A stretch of 64,000 nucleotides of DNA from NCBI GenBank assembly GCA_963575745.1, contig CAUYUJ010000335.1:1-64000 (forward strand), given 5' to 3'. The stretch is from Prorocentrum cordatum. Lineage: Eukaryota. Within the stretch, counting starts at the first letter, position 1. Every line of letters begins with the position of its first letter. Below the pieces are notes generated by a model. That model saw nothing but the letters and a program-made list of their open reading frames with translations. It was not told where the DNA came from and ran no database searches. Both the position numbers and the translations under genes were made by a program. Below, one piece after another: positions 36,599-50,379 of the stretch.

Positions 36599-37619
36599 TC
36601 ATTCCGACTCCGACGCCGCTGGCGGCGGGGACGTAGCGCGAGAACTCACTTCAACATACGGCGGGCCGCCGTCAGGCATGCCGCTGTTCAGCGCATCGGC
36701 GTCCTCCGTGGGGATCGCGCGGCCCTTCGCGCTGCTGCCGATGCTCATGCATCCGTCGTGGTCCGTGTCGGTGGCAGCTTCGCCGTCGAGGTCGTCACCA
36801 TCGTCGTCGCTCTTGCAGCTCTCGTAGCCCGTGCCTTCGTCGTAGTTGCCCTTGCCGCCGTCGTAGCCATTGTCACTGTCGTGTGGCCCGTTCTGCTGCT
36901 CCCTTTCACCGAGGTGGCCCTTGCTCCCCGTGCCACCGTCGTAGTAGCCCGTGCCACCGTCGTAGTCGCTTTCGCCATCGTCGTCCTGGTCCATGAACTC
37001 AGAACTCCTCGTCGTAGCCTTTGTCGTGGATCTTGCCGTCGTAGCCCCTGCCGTCGTAGCCCTTGCTCGAACTGCCGTACGGGTCGTAGCCGCTGTCGCT
37101 GCCCTCGCTGCCGTCGTAGCCCTTGTCGAAGCCCTTCCTGCCGCTGTCGTAGCCTGCGTCGCTGCCCGCGCCACCGTCGTGGCCCTTGCTACCGTCGCGG
37201 TCCGTGCCGGTGTCGCCGCCGTCGCTCGACTGGTACCACAAGCCGTAGCGGGCGTCGTAGTTGTACCACGAGCTGTCGCGGGGGTCGCAATACCATCTGC
37301 CGTAGCGGGCGCCTTTGTCGCGGCCCTGGCCGCTGTCGCAGGCCTTGTCGCGGCCCTTGCCGCTGTTGTCGTCGCCTTTGTCGCGGCACTTGCCGCTGCC
37401 GTCGTCGCCCTTGCCGTCGTAGCCCTTGCCACCGTCGCCGCAGTAGCCCTTGCCACCGTAGTAGCCCCTGCCGTCGTAGTCGCTATTGCCGTCGTCGTCG
37501 TAGCCCTTGCCGTCGCCATGGCCATTGCCACCGCAGTGCCTCCTGCCGCGGTAGTAGCCCTTGCCACCGTAGTAGCCCTCGCCGCGAGCACCGCTGAGCA
37601 GCGCACTGGCCATATGCAC
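36599..37619 (-). pseudogene. Gly/Tyr/Asp/Lys-rich repeat protein remnant (GKGYYGG/GKGYDG repeats)
   Basis: ORF 36999..37619 continues in another frame (MDQDDDGESDYDGGTGYYDGG...). A paralogous fragment lies at 42053..42394. Confidence 0.5.
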
Positions 37620-38640
37620 GCACTGCAGCAGCCTTTCGTAGCCGCTTGTCAGCTGCCGCCCCCACGCCAGCTCCTATATAAAAGACCATTAACTCCTCCT
37701 CCTCGTGTGAATCCTCCTGCTCATTCTCCTTCTCACGTGCATCCTCCTCTTCGCCCTCATCCCCCTCTCCCCCCTTCTTCCTCACCATCCTCGTCGCCAT
37801 CATCGTCGCCCTCTTCCTCCCTCATCCTTCTCGTCCAACTCCATCTCCACCTCCCCCCATTATGTTCCTGCAGTCCTCGCGCAGGCGGGCGCAGGCTGCC
37901 GCCTGCGCGCTGGCCCCATCGGCGTCGTCGGCCGCGGCAGCCGCGGCGTCGGGGAGAGCCGCCGTAGCGCGACGGCAAGGGAGACAGCGTGGGCACCCCC
38001 ATCCTCCACTCGACACATGGGACCACGGGACCATGACAACGCTTCCACCGGTACCAAGCCTGATGTGGTCGATGCCCAAACACACCGAAGGCTGCCAGCA
38101 CAAATTGCTGCGGATGACGCTGAGGACGAGGATGACATCACGATGGTGATCAGACAATGCCATGAACGAATCAAGATGACGAAAATGACATTGATGTTGC
38201 CATGATGACCCAGTCTCCGGGCGCGTCCACTTAAGAGACAAGACTTCCGCCGACCTGCCGCCGAGCTTCCGTCGACGGGGCCATTGGCGCGGCCGCGGTC
38301 TCGGTTCAACTCGAGAGGCAGTGCATCTGCGTCGGTCCGAGTCCGCGGAGACAAGACCATCACCAAATAACAGGCCATGACTTGTTTTGTCGGAGTCGTC
38401 CTGCCGTGGCGTCTTGGACGAGAAAGAGCACCGCGTCGCTGAGTCCCTTTCCCCTCTCTCGACCCTTTCTCCCCTGATTGCCCCCATGTCCTGAGCTCCA
38501 CGCGCCCGTGGATGCACCGCGCCCGACAAGCGCGACGGCAGCTACATTACACGGGCGCGCCACTGGCGCCGACTCGCCACGGGCCGAAACAAGTCCACTG
38601 GCGCGAGGCCACAAAGCGGACAGGTTGCCTCTCTGGCGCG
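37480..38640. repeat. Dispersed ~1.15-kb duplication, partner ~42150-43340
   Basis: Collinear diverged sequence, e.g. ccaagcctgatgtggtcgatgccca.acacac and gaggacgaggatg.catcacgatg.tga.cagacaatgccatgaa. Confidence 0.85.
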
Positions 38641-38940
38641 GAGTCCGTTCCCGTGCGTGGGCGTGCGCATGAGATGGAAACTGAATAGCTCCAATGTTTC
38701 TTCGCGGCCCAACCGAAGACGACGGAAAAAATTGCCACTCCATTCTGTCAGATGAATCCGAAATTTTTCGTCACCATATAAAATTATCCCGGCAAAGCAA
38801 CCTAACAGCGATGAGTAGGAGCATATCTGGAAGCATTCCCCTTAAGATTCGGATGAGAATCCAGTTGTCGAATTCTGCTGTTCTCGCAGTCGTAGTCGCA
38901 TTCGCGATGACAGTCGCAGTGGCAACGGCAGTCGCAGTCA

Positions 38941-39610
38941 CAGCCTCAGCCAGCCTGCCTCAGCCTCAGCCTCAGCCTGCCTCAGCCTCAGCCTCAGCCT
39001 GCCTCAGCCTCAGCCTCAGCCTGCTTCAGCCTCAGCCTCAGTCTGCCTTCAGCCTCGGCCTCAGCCTCGCCTGCCTCAGCCTCAGCCTGCATCAGCCTCA
39101 GCCTCAGCCTCAGCCTGCCTCAGCATCAGCCTGCCTCAGCCTCAGCCTCAGCCTGCCTCAGCCTCAGCCTCAGCCTGCTTCAGCCTCAGCCTCAGTCTGC
39201 CTTCAGCCTCGGCCTCAGCCTCAGCCTGCCTCAGCCTCAGCCTGCATCAGCCTCAGCCTCAGCCTCAGCCTGCCTCAGCATCAGCCTGCCTCAGCCTCAG
39301 CCTCAGCCTGCCTCAGCCTCAGCCTCAGCCTGCTCAGCTCAGCCTCAGCCTCAGCCTCAGCCTCAGCCTCAGCCTGCCTCAGCCTCAGCCTCAGCCTCAG
39401 CCCTCAGCCTGCCTCAGCCTCAGCCTCAGCCTGCATCAGCCTCAGCCTCAGCCTCAGCCTGCCTCAGCCTCAGCCTGCCTCAGCCTCAGCCTGCCTCAGC
39501 CTCAGCCTCAGCCTGCTTCAGCCTCAGCCTCGGTCTGCCTTCAGCCTCGGCCTCAGCCTGCCTCAGCCTCAGCCTGCATCAGCCTCAGCCTCAGCCTCAG
39601 CCTGTCTCAG
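38941..39610. repeat. (CAGCCT)n microsatellite with CTGC interruptions
   Basis: Read directly from the sequence. Confidence 0.97.
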
Positions 39611-40045
39611 CATTCAAAATGTGGCCCGGGAATGAAATTCTGGGAACTCGAAGCAACACGAAGTGGCCTACAGTTGGCTCCGGGCATTCAAAATCATGCC
39701 CAGGAATGAAGTACTGGGAAATCGAAGACCACGAAGTGGCTTACAGTTGGCTCCGGGCATTCAAAATGCGGCCCGGGAATGGAGTTCTGGGAACTCGAAG
39801 AGCACGAAGTGGCCTACAGTTGGCTCCGGGCATCCAAAATGTGGCCCGGGAATGGAGTTCTGGGAACTCGAAGAGCACGAAGTGGCCTACAGTTGGCTCC
39901 GGGCATCCAAAATGTGGCCCGGGAATGGAGTTCTGGGAAATCGAAGAGCACGAAGTGGCTTACAGTTGGCTCCGGCTATTCAAAATGTGACCCGGGAATG
40001 GAGTTCTGGGAGGTCGAAGAGCACGAAGTGTGCGACTGTTGGCTT
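39611..40045. repeat. 73-bp tandem repeat, 6 copies
   Basis: Unit starts at 39611, 39685, 39758, 39831, 39904 and 39977; there are no unique spacers. Confidence 0.95.
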
Positions 40046-43000
40046 AAAACGAGCCCGGCTCTGTTCCCGGTTCTCCTCCCCGGCACCCGCCCAGACCCCC
40101 CTGAGGAGTCATGATGCTCTCTTTTGAGCCTACCAGAAACCTATCAGCAAACGCTGTTAGGTAACATTCCAATTGCTGTAGATCCCTCGATCAGCAGCAG
40201 ATGCTCCATGGAGCTGTAAGAGTGAATGTGGCAGATGCGGTGGACCTCCCACCAAACGACAACTGCTGCCACTGGTCTGGAGAACCAAAGATTTCACGTA
40301 CACACCGTTGGCAAGGCAGCACGGGTCGTGTGCGATATGTGGAGAATCTGGGGAGCGGTGCCGAAAGGCTGGATGCTGCCCGTTTCTCACCGAACAAGGG
40401 AGGGGTTCGACCTAAGGCCCGAATAGCTGCAGTGATCGCAGTTGAGCAAGCAGTTGTATAGTTCCCCGGTGTGTCTTATCGATGCCTGTCCTGGTTCCGT
40501 CTCGGCCTAGCGGCCATGCACGGGGCACCGAGCAAGCATGCGCAGAAAGAGCTGTTCCTCTGCGCGGGCCGACAGACCAAAGCGCGCCAACCTACATCAA
40601 ACGAGTGCGCCAGTAGCGCAGGCGGAATCATCCTGCAGTGATGCATGTTGGAAGCGCATGAGCCCCGCGTCACTCAGTCCCATTCCCCCCCCCCCCCCCC
40701 TGATTGCCCCCATATCCTGAGCTCCACTCGCCCGTGGCTGCACCACGGCGGACGCGCCAAAGCGCGCCAAAACTACGTTAAACGGATGCGCCACTGGCGC
40801 CGACGCGCCACGTGCGAACCAAATCCCTGGCGCGAGGCCACAAAGCGGACATTTTGCCCCTCTGGCGCGGCACGCAGGGGGGGAAAAAACACGCGTGGTT
40901 TACCTGCTTCAAAACTTCTGGCCACGCCTTCGACCACTTTTGCGATTGCACGGCATGGCTGGCTGATATAAACAATGGCGGACGAAATTGGCTACTGCAG
41001 ACACCCCGCCACACTGGGCAACTGCAGGGGCGACCCGCCCCCCGCGCATTGCAGTTCCTACGCGGTCGGCCAATTGGGCGTTTAAGAACCGCCATGGTGC
41101 ACGCAGCCAGCCAGATCGTTCAATCGTGCCCCCTCTTCTTCCTCGCCCCTCCTCGTCCTCGCTGCCGTTTCCCCCCTGCCCCCCCCCCCCCCCACGTGAT
41201 GGCATTTCACCTCGGTGTGCATGCGCGAGCGCGCGGTGTCTGCGAGTGAAATCGATACCGAGATCGATCGCGAGATCGAGACTGTGCCCCGATGCGCCCC
41301 GTGGCTTTCCACAATGCGCGATCGATCGCGCGATCGACAGTTGCCCCGTCTCGGCGCGCGCGAACAGGTCGCGCGGCGCGAGGTCGCCGCGCGGACAGGT
41401 TGCCCCCCTGGCGCGGCGCGCCCGCGAGGCCGGAGAAAAAAAAAAAAAAAAACACGCGTGGTATTTTTGTCCCTTCAATGCCTCCCCCGACGACATCGCC
41501 CCTGCGCCCATCCGTCTACATTGATGGCGCGCCCGCCGCTGGCTCTGAGCGACACAACTTCCCGATGGCGCGGCGCCTCTTTGAGGCGCCAGATACGAGC
41601 GCACCGCGAGCAACAGAAACACCGCAAACACTGACATCACAAGATGTGCATTCTACACACCTCTCCGAATCACTTGATCCGCTTGTCGACCGCGTTGATC
41701 ACGTCCTCGGCCCCCCTCTTGGCTGACATGGCGGCCCCCTGGGCCGAAGCGACCATCCCTAACGTGAGTTCACCGCGAGCCTGCGCGGGCCGCCGTCGAG
41801 CTGGACGTGAAGTATCGGTCAAGCTTGTTGATGGCGGCGCCGATCGCTTGTGCGTTCAAGGCGCCCTTCGGGAAAAAGGAGGAAAGAAGAAGGAGAGAGG
41901 TGAAAAAACCTCGTGAGCCTAGACAGGGGGACGCCCGCACATATACATGCGAAGGAGTATGTATAAATGTGCATTTCAATCGACCCATGCATTTATGTAG
42001 CATGATTTTATGCATCGCGGGGGGGCGCCCCGAAATCACAATAAGATATGAATTACATTCCATCTACTACCCCTTGTTCATATCTGCTCATGGCTGGCCA
42101 CTGGACGCGCTGCCGGCCCATGCTGAGTGGTTGGCCTGCACGAGGTGACGCATGGTAGCCCTTGCCGTCGTAGCCCTTACCAGCGTCGTCGTCACCGTAG
42201 TAGCCCTTGCCGTCGTAGAAGCCCTTGCCGTCGTCGTAGTCACCCTTGCCGTCGTCGTAGCCCCTGCCACCGTCGTAGCCCTTGTCGCCGTAGTAGCCCT
42301 TGCCACCGTAGTAGCCCTGGCAGCTAGCACCGTACTGGCCAAATGCACGCACTGCAGCAGCCTCTCGTAGCAGCATGTCAGCTGCCGCTCCCACGCTTCC
42401 TATGCAAAAGACACGTCACTCCTCCTCATCGTGTGCATCCTCCTGCTCATCCTCTTTCTCACGTGCATCCTTTCCTCGTTCTCATCCCTCTCTCCCCTTC
42501 TTCCTCGCCGTCCTCGTCGCCATCGTCGTCGTCCTCTTCCTCCCGTACCCTTCTCGTCCAACTCCATCTCCACCCCCCCCCATTCTCGCCCCCGGTCCTC
42601 GCGCAGGCGGCCGAAGGCCGCCGCCTGCGCGCTGGCCCCATCGGCCTCGTCGGCCGCGGCAGCCGCGGCATCGGGCCGAGCCGCCATGCCGCGACGCAAA
42701 AGGGACAGTGTGGGCACCCCCGTCCTCCACTCGATACATGGGATCACCGGCCCATGACAACTCTTACCAGGACCAAGCCTGATGTGGTCGATGCCCAGAC
42801 ACACGGGAGGCTGCCAACACAGTTGGCTGCGGATAATGCTGAGGACGAGGATGGCATCACGATGATGACCAGACAATGCCATGAATGAATGAAGATGACG
42901 ATGATGACATTGATCTTACCCAGATGACCCAGACTTCGCGCGTGTCCACTAACTCGGCAAAACTTCCCCCGACCTGCCGCCGAGCTTCTGTCAACGGAGC

Positions 43001-44112
43001 CATCAGTGCGGCCGCGGTGTTGGTCCACCTCCAGAGGCGCTGTGTCTGCGTCGGTCCGAGTCCAGGCCATGACACGTTTTGTCGGAGACATCCTGCTGCG
43101 GTGCATCTTGGACGAAAAAGAGCCCCGCGTCACTGAGCCCCTTTCCCCCTTCTCGACCCTTTCTCCCCTGATTGCTCCCATGTCCTGAGCTCCACTCGCC
43201 CGCGGCTGCGCCGCGGCCGACGCGCCAAAGCTCGACGGCAGCTACATTAAACGGACGCGCCGCTGGCGCCGACTCGCCACGGGCGGAACAAGTCCTCTGG
43301 CACTAGGCCACACCGCGGACAGGTTGCCTCCCTAACGCGGAGTCCGATCCCGCGCGCGGGCGAACCTACGCGCACGGTTCCGTCTCGCCCAAGCGGGCAT
43401 TCTCAGAACACCAAGCAAGCCCACGCAGAAAGCGCCGTTTCCTCGGGGGGAAAAACGCCAAGCGCGCCCACCTACATTACACGGGTGCGCCAGAAGCCCG
43501 CAGGCGGAATCATCCTGCAGCGATTCTTCTTCGAAGAACACGAGCCACGCGTCACTCAGTGCCTGTCCCCTCTGTCGACCCCTCCTCCCCTGATTGCTCC
43601 CATGTCCTCAGCCCCACTCGCCCATGGCTGCGCCGGGGCCGACGCGCCAAAGCGCGCCGGCAGCTGCATTAAACGGATGCGCCACTGGCGCCGACTCGCC
43701 ACGAGCGCACAAGTCCTTTGGCGCGAGGCCACGGCGCGGACAGGTTGCCTCCTTGGCGCGGCACGCCCGCGAGGCCGAAGCAAGGTGATGGTGTGCGAAA
43801 GCTCGGGGATGTACGACATGGCTCCTCTATGAACCAGGCGGCGAGATGCTTCTCGCTGTATCGAAAGACATCACAAGATGTGCATTCTACACTTTGCATA
43901 TCATCTTCGAAGAACAGAAAAACAATAACTCATGAGCTTAGGAGGGGGGCGCCCGTGTGTATATACACCTGCAGGGCAATATGTATTAATGTATAGTTCA
44001 TTCAAGCCCATGCATTTATGGTTCTCATGACTCTCATGCAACGCGGGGGGGCGCCCCGAAATCACACTAGGAGATATGTTAAATTCACCTCGAGGCCCTG
44101 TTTCATTTCTGT

Positions 44113-45563
44113 TCATGCCTGGCCACCGGACGCGCTGCTGGCCCTTGCTGGGTGGCCGGGCCGCATAAGGTGACGGGTGACAGTGCCTCTGGGCGCGGGG
44201 GGGGGATTCAGTCGCACCCTTTTCGCCCCTTGCTCCTGCTCGGGATTCCAGCCCCGATCAGGCACGTTCAACGCAATCCTCGTCTTCAGCTTCGAATAGT
44301 GTACCTTGCCGCTCCCAAGCCCGGCTGCGCTTTCCTTCACCAAGAGCTCGTGCGTTTTCAGCGCATAAAATCCAACACTCAGCTTGGAAAAGCCGTCAAC
44401 CAATATGTGTGGGTGCAAATGCAGATGCCTGTACATGATTTCGGACATAGCCAACGGACCTGCAAAAACACCAGGCGTGCCAACTACGTCTTTCCAACCC
44501 TTACGGAACTTGTCTGGATAGGCTCGAATATTTTCACGTACACCCTCAATCACTTGCCACATGAGGGGGTGCTGCCTCGCGGCGCATAGGGGCCCAGCCC
44601 ATTGCATATCTCACCCCGTTTCAGAATTGGAAAGCGATCCAGTTTGCCGTCCCACATGTTTGTCTTGCCACCCCAGGTCGCGAGGCACCGGTTGCGGCAA
44701 TGTGCCCAGCATCTGTGTCCAGCCATCCGGCAAATTCAAAGTAGCTTTGTGATCCGTCCAAATGCCGCCGTAGTCCACCACCTTGTCGCGTTACAAAGAG
44801 CTCGATCATACCCCTTACGAACACACGGCTACATGGACTCGTAACATACCACGGCACAGCCCCACACAGAATGGCATACGAGCTCAGAGCATAACATGCG
44901 TAACCTTGCTTCGTGGCACGCCGACGTTCGTCGTCACGTGTCGTCACTCGTCATCGTCCTCCTCGTCCTCATCCTCCCTCGTCTTCCCGCGTCATCCCTC
45001 ATCGTCGCCCGCCGTTACTCAGCGTCGTCGTGGAAATCCTCAATCGACGCACATTGCGTCAGGAATGAAGGTTCTCCACCGAACGATTCGTGCCTCAGCC
45101 GCGCCACTCACGTCCACGATCAGACATGCATCGCCATCTATACCGACTTACCCGCTGAATTGGATATATACAATTTATACCTACACGAACGTCCGATGGG
45201 TTACCCTATGGATGTCTCTGTCCACACAAGAACGGACATAGCGGACAGCAGCCAAATAATACAGAACATGATGACGAAACAAATCAGCCCTTGCAGCGCC
45301 GTAATCAAACGAAATTATGTAAAACAACTCACACCTCTCCTCGTCAGCCTCACGCTAAAAAAATGGCACACCTCGAAATGTGACCAGAACACCAGCTGAA
45401 ACCCCTCCGAATTATCAATTATACTTAATATGTTCTTCCTGGAAATCTCACCCATTCCATCCCACGCCCCTGCCATAACATGCCACAGTTTGGGGATCTC
45501 TGTCGTGGGATGTTTCTCCCACCCTGATAGTGTAGCGAGATGAGCAGGAAGTGCATGTGCCAC
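44113..45563 (-). pseudogene. Degenerate GT32-like (DxD sugar-binding) glycosyltransferase
   Basis: Motifs occur in the expected order across broken frames: EIPKLWH (~45490), LVWTETSI (~45220), DYGGIWTD (~44765), AARQHPLMWQVIEGVRENI, FAGPLAM. Confidence 0.45.
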
Positions 45564-46330
45564 ATGTCCTTCCCACTAGGATATGAAGCCCATAAGACAG
45601 CTCAAATCATAAACGTTGGGGTTCAGGTGTAGTTGTCCATCTGTGCTATGCCTCGCACACCACATATACCAATGCTCATCGCAAATGGACGATGCCCCCC
45701 TTCGCAGAGAATGCGCTTGTAAATACTGTACGAATTCCACGGCAGCCATGCGAATAGCGCGCTGCTCGGAAAGGGCGGCATTTGGCGATAACGGGCCTGG
45801 ACCCCGCGACTTGGAAGGGAAAGGCGGCGCGCGGTGCATCGTCATACCAACTGGCAACCAGTTCCGGGCAGGAGCCTTCCCCCAAATTCTCGAGCACAAA
45901 CAGCAACATACGGATGCGCAAGGAACGAACGGTCACCTCCACAACCAAACAACCGTGTGCATGACATCGCCGGAAGCACGCAAGACAGCAGCGCGCCCAC
46001 AGCACTTCCGCGTGAAACGCAGTTTTGGTCATGACAGGCAAGGGCCCGCTCTGATATATACTTCGGCTGTCTTCTCGGGGAGGGCCCCGCTTACCATAGA
46101 TGGGTATTACGGGGACCCTTTCGTTACTTTGTGTACCTTTCTTTCCTTGCCGCGATGTACATGGACTCGAAATCATCGCCATCATGCACTGGCACCCTCG
46201 GGCGCGCCTCGGGAAGGGGCTCATGAAGGCCATTCCTTAAGGTGAAAGACGCAGCAACAATTATGGGGCATGCGATTACTCTGCGCAGCGGGCCTAGGCG
46301 ACGCACTACGCTGGATATAACAGGCCCAAT

Positions 46331-47159
46331 TCAGTGCAAAGCCCAACAAACCCTGCCCCTGTGGGGCTGGACAAGTCGACACCGTGCTTCTGCACAGTCA
46401 TTGCATACCACAAGGCTTTGGCAAGTTTTGACGCACAGCCGCACCGAGATGGCATGCCAGAAAAAAAAAGAGCCCGGAACGCGCATGCGTTCACTGCGAG
46501 CCTCTTTGTCCAGGTGGTGAACGAACTGCTGCACTTTGAGGATGATCGGGCCAAGAACCGTTTGTATATGCCAATGCATTGTGGCATCCATGTAGCTGGC
46601 TGAGAATACAAGCTCCACAGTGTCACCAATCCGCTCGCATTGTCGTGGCGTGTCCATCTGCAGCGGCCACCTGGCGCGCAGCGTCCTCATGCACCACAAG
46701 TACGCACGACACTGCCCATGATGCGGGTTGCCCCTCAGCACGCGCCTAGCAGCGAAACCATTCAACAACCGCCATAACGCATGCGCGAAATTCCAAGGAT
46801 CAGTATGATACCAGCCAGTCCCGTTTTTAATGGCAACTGCCCCTTGGTAGCTCATTCGCTTCATCTGGACCTTGTCCACGTGGGTCAGACTGATGGCGAC
46901 GAGCCCGCGAATGTCTCTGAACGCACGGGTCCCCGCGGAGGACAACAGCATGCCGCGTAGCTCCACCAGGTGATTGGCAAAAGATGCTTTGCGATCGTAC
47001 AAGTGAACTACTAGGCACTTTTTGGGAGACCACGCCGAGCTTGTGTGCACGGAAAGCACGATGCTTCTAGTCTCCGCTGCGTCGTCGGCCCAGGCGCGGA
47101 TGCATACGGCGGGTAACGCGATGCTATCTGGCTGCACTGGCGGGGCCGCCGCCGCCATG
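46331..47159 (-). pseudogene. Unidentified ORF remnant, possibly the 5' part of the degenerate gene continuing to 44113
   Basis: Long ORF of normal amino-acid complexity (MAAAAPPVQPDSIALPAV...) on the same strand as ORFs 45576..45899 and 45315..45563; no family recognised. Confidence 0.3.
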
Positions 47160-48827
47160 GCCACCGCGACGTTGCCCACACAACAAAATACTGATGCCAA
47201 AATGGCTATGCATAGTCCTCCTCTGCTTCCCCTTGCCTGAGAACATCCACAACATCCACGTCGCTCAGTCCGCCGGCCTCCTGAAAGGGCCACCAAACTT
47301 CAACTTCAGCATTTGAAGTTGCATCGATACAGGATCTTGAAGATGACCGCAACTAAATCCAAACTGCGGGCAGTGAGGAGGCAGACTGATGGAGACCAAC
47401 CTACGACGGCAGTGCGTTTCCAACGAGATGGGTGACCGAACCCCATCAGTCAGATAAAGCAGGAATATGTCACATACGGGGCGTCGGTCAGTCTCACATC
47501 CTGCGAACTGATCGCAGCTAACCTAGCGCGGAGGGATGTGGGCGACAGAAACAAGGGCGAGGCAAGGTTCTTTCCAACCGATCCCCAGGACCAAGCAAGC
47601 TAGTGGTAGTTGACGGAGTTGTGTTCATACTAGAACCCGTAGTACTAGGCGGTCGTAGTAGGAGGAAGGGTGGGGCGACACACGGACGTAGGTAGATATA
47701 TCTGCACATAGATATACGCATCTTTTGTTCCGCGCTCACCGACCCCCCATCCACCTCCACTTCCAGTTTGGCCTCCCCTTCCAGTCCTGTATAGACGGAA
47801 CTTTGTTTCAGAGGGCTGGCCAACCATGTCTTGCCAGAATCCACTGCAAGTAGCGCTTCGAAAGAAAAAGCTGCACGTCACTCAGTCCTGCTCCTTCTGC
47901 TGTTAACCGCCCCTCACCTCCCTTCGCCCCGTCCGTTGCAGCGCTTCACTCGCTCGTGGTTGCAACGCGGCGAGCTCCGCTCACTCGCGATTGGACCTGT
48001 GCACGACTGAACCTCGCCGCCGTGCGTCGGCAAAATTCGATGTCCCGCCTGCGCGCGCAGGACGGCTCAGCGTCTTCAAAAAGATCACAACGAGAATCAT
48101 TTGAGGGGGGCCGCCCCTTTGCACATGCACACTTACGTTTATGTTTACCTCTTTCTATTGCGCGACGTACTACAGGGCCCCGTAACGATCGGGAGTTACG
48201 GGGGGGCGCCCCCGCGTCGCACGGCGCCCACCCGGACCGCAAAGGCGCGGGCCTCCCAGCGCAATCATGGCGTAGATTGCGAAAAACCGCTGCCATCGAC
48301 ATTACAGCCACAGCGACTGGCTAGAACATCCGAACGAAATCGTGGATGTCTGGATGCCCGAGGATCCTGGATGCCCGAGGATCCGCTGCTGCACGACGGA
48401 ACGTGACCATGCTCGCGCCTTGGCGCCGCCCGCATGGAGAACGACACTCGCCAGCCCAAGCCGCAAGGAGCGATTATCCTGACTTGCCCGAGAAGGCCTT
48501 GATTGTTTGTGTGATTCGTGACCTGTCCGAAGCTTCCAACGAGCCTCTGGGGCTGAAACCGCCCAGAAGGTACCCCCAGCGAGCTGGGGGGGGGGGGGGG
48601 AAGCACGCGTGGTTTGTTTGGCGACTTCGCGGCATCTGAGGGGGACGCCCCGATTTAAATGTATACATTCACATATCTTTACATATATACATATTTGTAG
48701 ATATACATACACGCATGCAATTTAACCTATACACTGCATACATATTTATACATGTATTCCTGCTCTGCGGGGGGACGCCCCTGTGTCAAGTGGGCGTACA
48801 TATGTGCACGCCCTACGCACGCAAACA

Positions 48828-50132
48828 CTAGTTCAAATCTGCTCGCGGCTGGAATACGGACGTTGCTGCTCGCTGCTGGCCAACGATGCGGCACGAGCCG
48901 AAGAACGAAGAGAATTCCCACCACTCTACACAAGAAAGAATGCACTTCACAAAAAATATGCACCCCCTGTTGAGGGCCAATTCGCATCGCACTTTCTTCG
49001 CACCTCGGCCCCTTCCACGCATGAAGGACACGAGGGCCTCGGCAGAAGCGTCGCCGCGAGAACCCGCCAGCGCGATCGACGCCCTTCGGCGCAGTTGCAT
49101 ATCTGCCCCTAGCGCCTCCAACAACTTGTCCCTGCGCTGTTCAGTGCAATGCATGGCCAACACCCGAATCAATTGAGCGCGTCGGTTCGTCTCGTTAGCC
49201 TTGGAGGCCTGGCCCATGGACACACCTGGAAAATCGGATGGCTGGAAACACCCTGCCTCCCGCGCTAGCGCCAACCGAGCGTCGGCCGACTGGGCCAATT
49301 CCTCTACCTTGGTCGCTAGCACCGAAGGGGGGCCACTCGCAGCTGCAACACCACGCGTCAATGGTCGAGCCGAACTGGAAGGCAAAGCGTTGAAGTCTCT
49401 CCGCGCATTGCGCGGGGCGCGCTTCTTTGGCGGGGCCACGGCGCGATCTAATGGCCCCCACTTCCCCATCCACGAAGAGGCGTGGTGCACCGCAACGTAA
49501 GGGCATTCGACATGCAAACTGCACGCCCATAGCGGCTCTGCGCTCCTGCTTTTCTCTCGGTGGAATCTTTTGGTCAAGGGCAGCGCCTTGACGCCGACGT
49601 CTTTGGCCCGCTGCTCCCAAGCCTTCGGCCCCGTGGTGAGCATGGCCCGATGGGACGGAAAGTTGCTTGGTTTGTAGCTTTGAACCCGCGTGCTCTGCAG
49701 CTTCAACAACTCGAGCACGCGCGGGTCGCCCGCAGAAGCCCCGAGAAAGTCTGCTTGAACAGGGGCCGCAGGAGGGCCCTCTGCAACGAGCAAGCCAGCA
49801 CTGAGGAGTTCGTCCAACGGTTTCTCGACCACCGAATCGCGCACATCAAGATAAACGCCGCCAACGTACCACGCCGCCACCACTCGGGCCCCATCCGCCT
49901 GCTGCATCCAAAGTACTTTGCCCGACGGCTTGCACTGCAGCAAAGGAGCCGCCATCTCGCGGACATCGTCGGGCGACGCGCGGGCCATGTCAAGGATGTT
50001 GCGGGGCCTGTAAATGGCACCGCCCCAACCGGGGCACTTCCGCAACCAGGCCGTAAAATTCTAAACCACCTGGTCGGATATCTCTGCGTCCAAATAACCC
50101 CAAACAGCAATGAAGAATGAAGGAATCGGCAT
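48828..50132 (-). pseudogene. GT32-family (OCH1/Gly_transf_sug-like) glycosyltransferase, intronless, one in-frame TAG at 50061-50063
   Basis: MPIPSFFIAVWG...*NFTAWLRKCPGW...QADGARVVAAWYVGGVYLDVRD...FLGASAGDPRVLELL...MLTTGP...YVAVHHASSW matches the GT32 motif series (ADxxR...GGVYxD, P..l, TGP, H..SW). Confidence 0.7.
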
Positions 50133-50379
50133 CCAGAATTTCAGTTTTGGGCGCCGCGGGCGTGCGGTTATGCACTTGCAGTGCTGGGATCCGCAAGTCG
50201 CCGGTGCCTGAATGGCTATGGGAGAGAAGATGAGAGGGAGGATAATAATCAACATGGCATGGAGTTGGAACATAGCCCTCGTTGGATGGGTCGCTCTCCT
50301 TCGGGCCCCGAGAACACCCAAGTTCGCGATGTACCGAAACTTCAACGCGCTTTCGGGGATAACGCCGGTTCAGATCACC

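Noticed and set aside
38694..39635. 313-aa QP/SA/SL-rich ORF
   Set aside because: It is a translation of the (CAGCCT)n microsatellite.
39611..40045. CRISPR-like regular repeat
   Set aside because: The whole 73-bp unit repeats with no unique spacers, there are no cas genes, and the context is eukaryotic.
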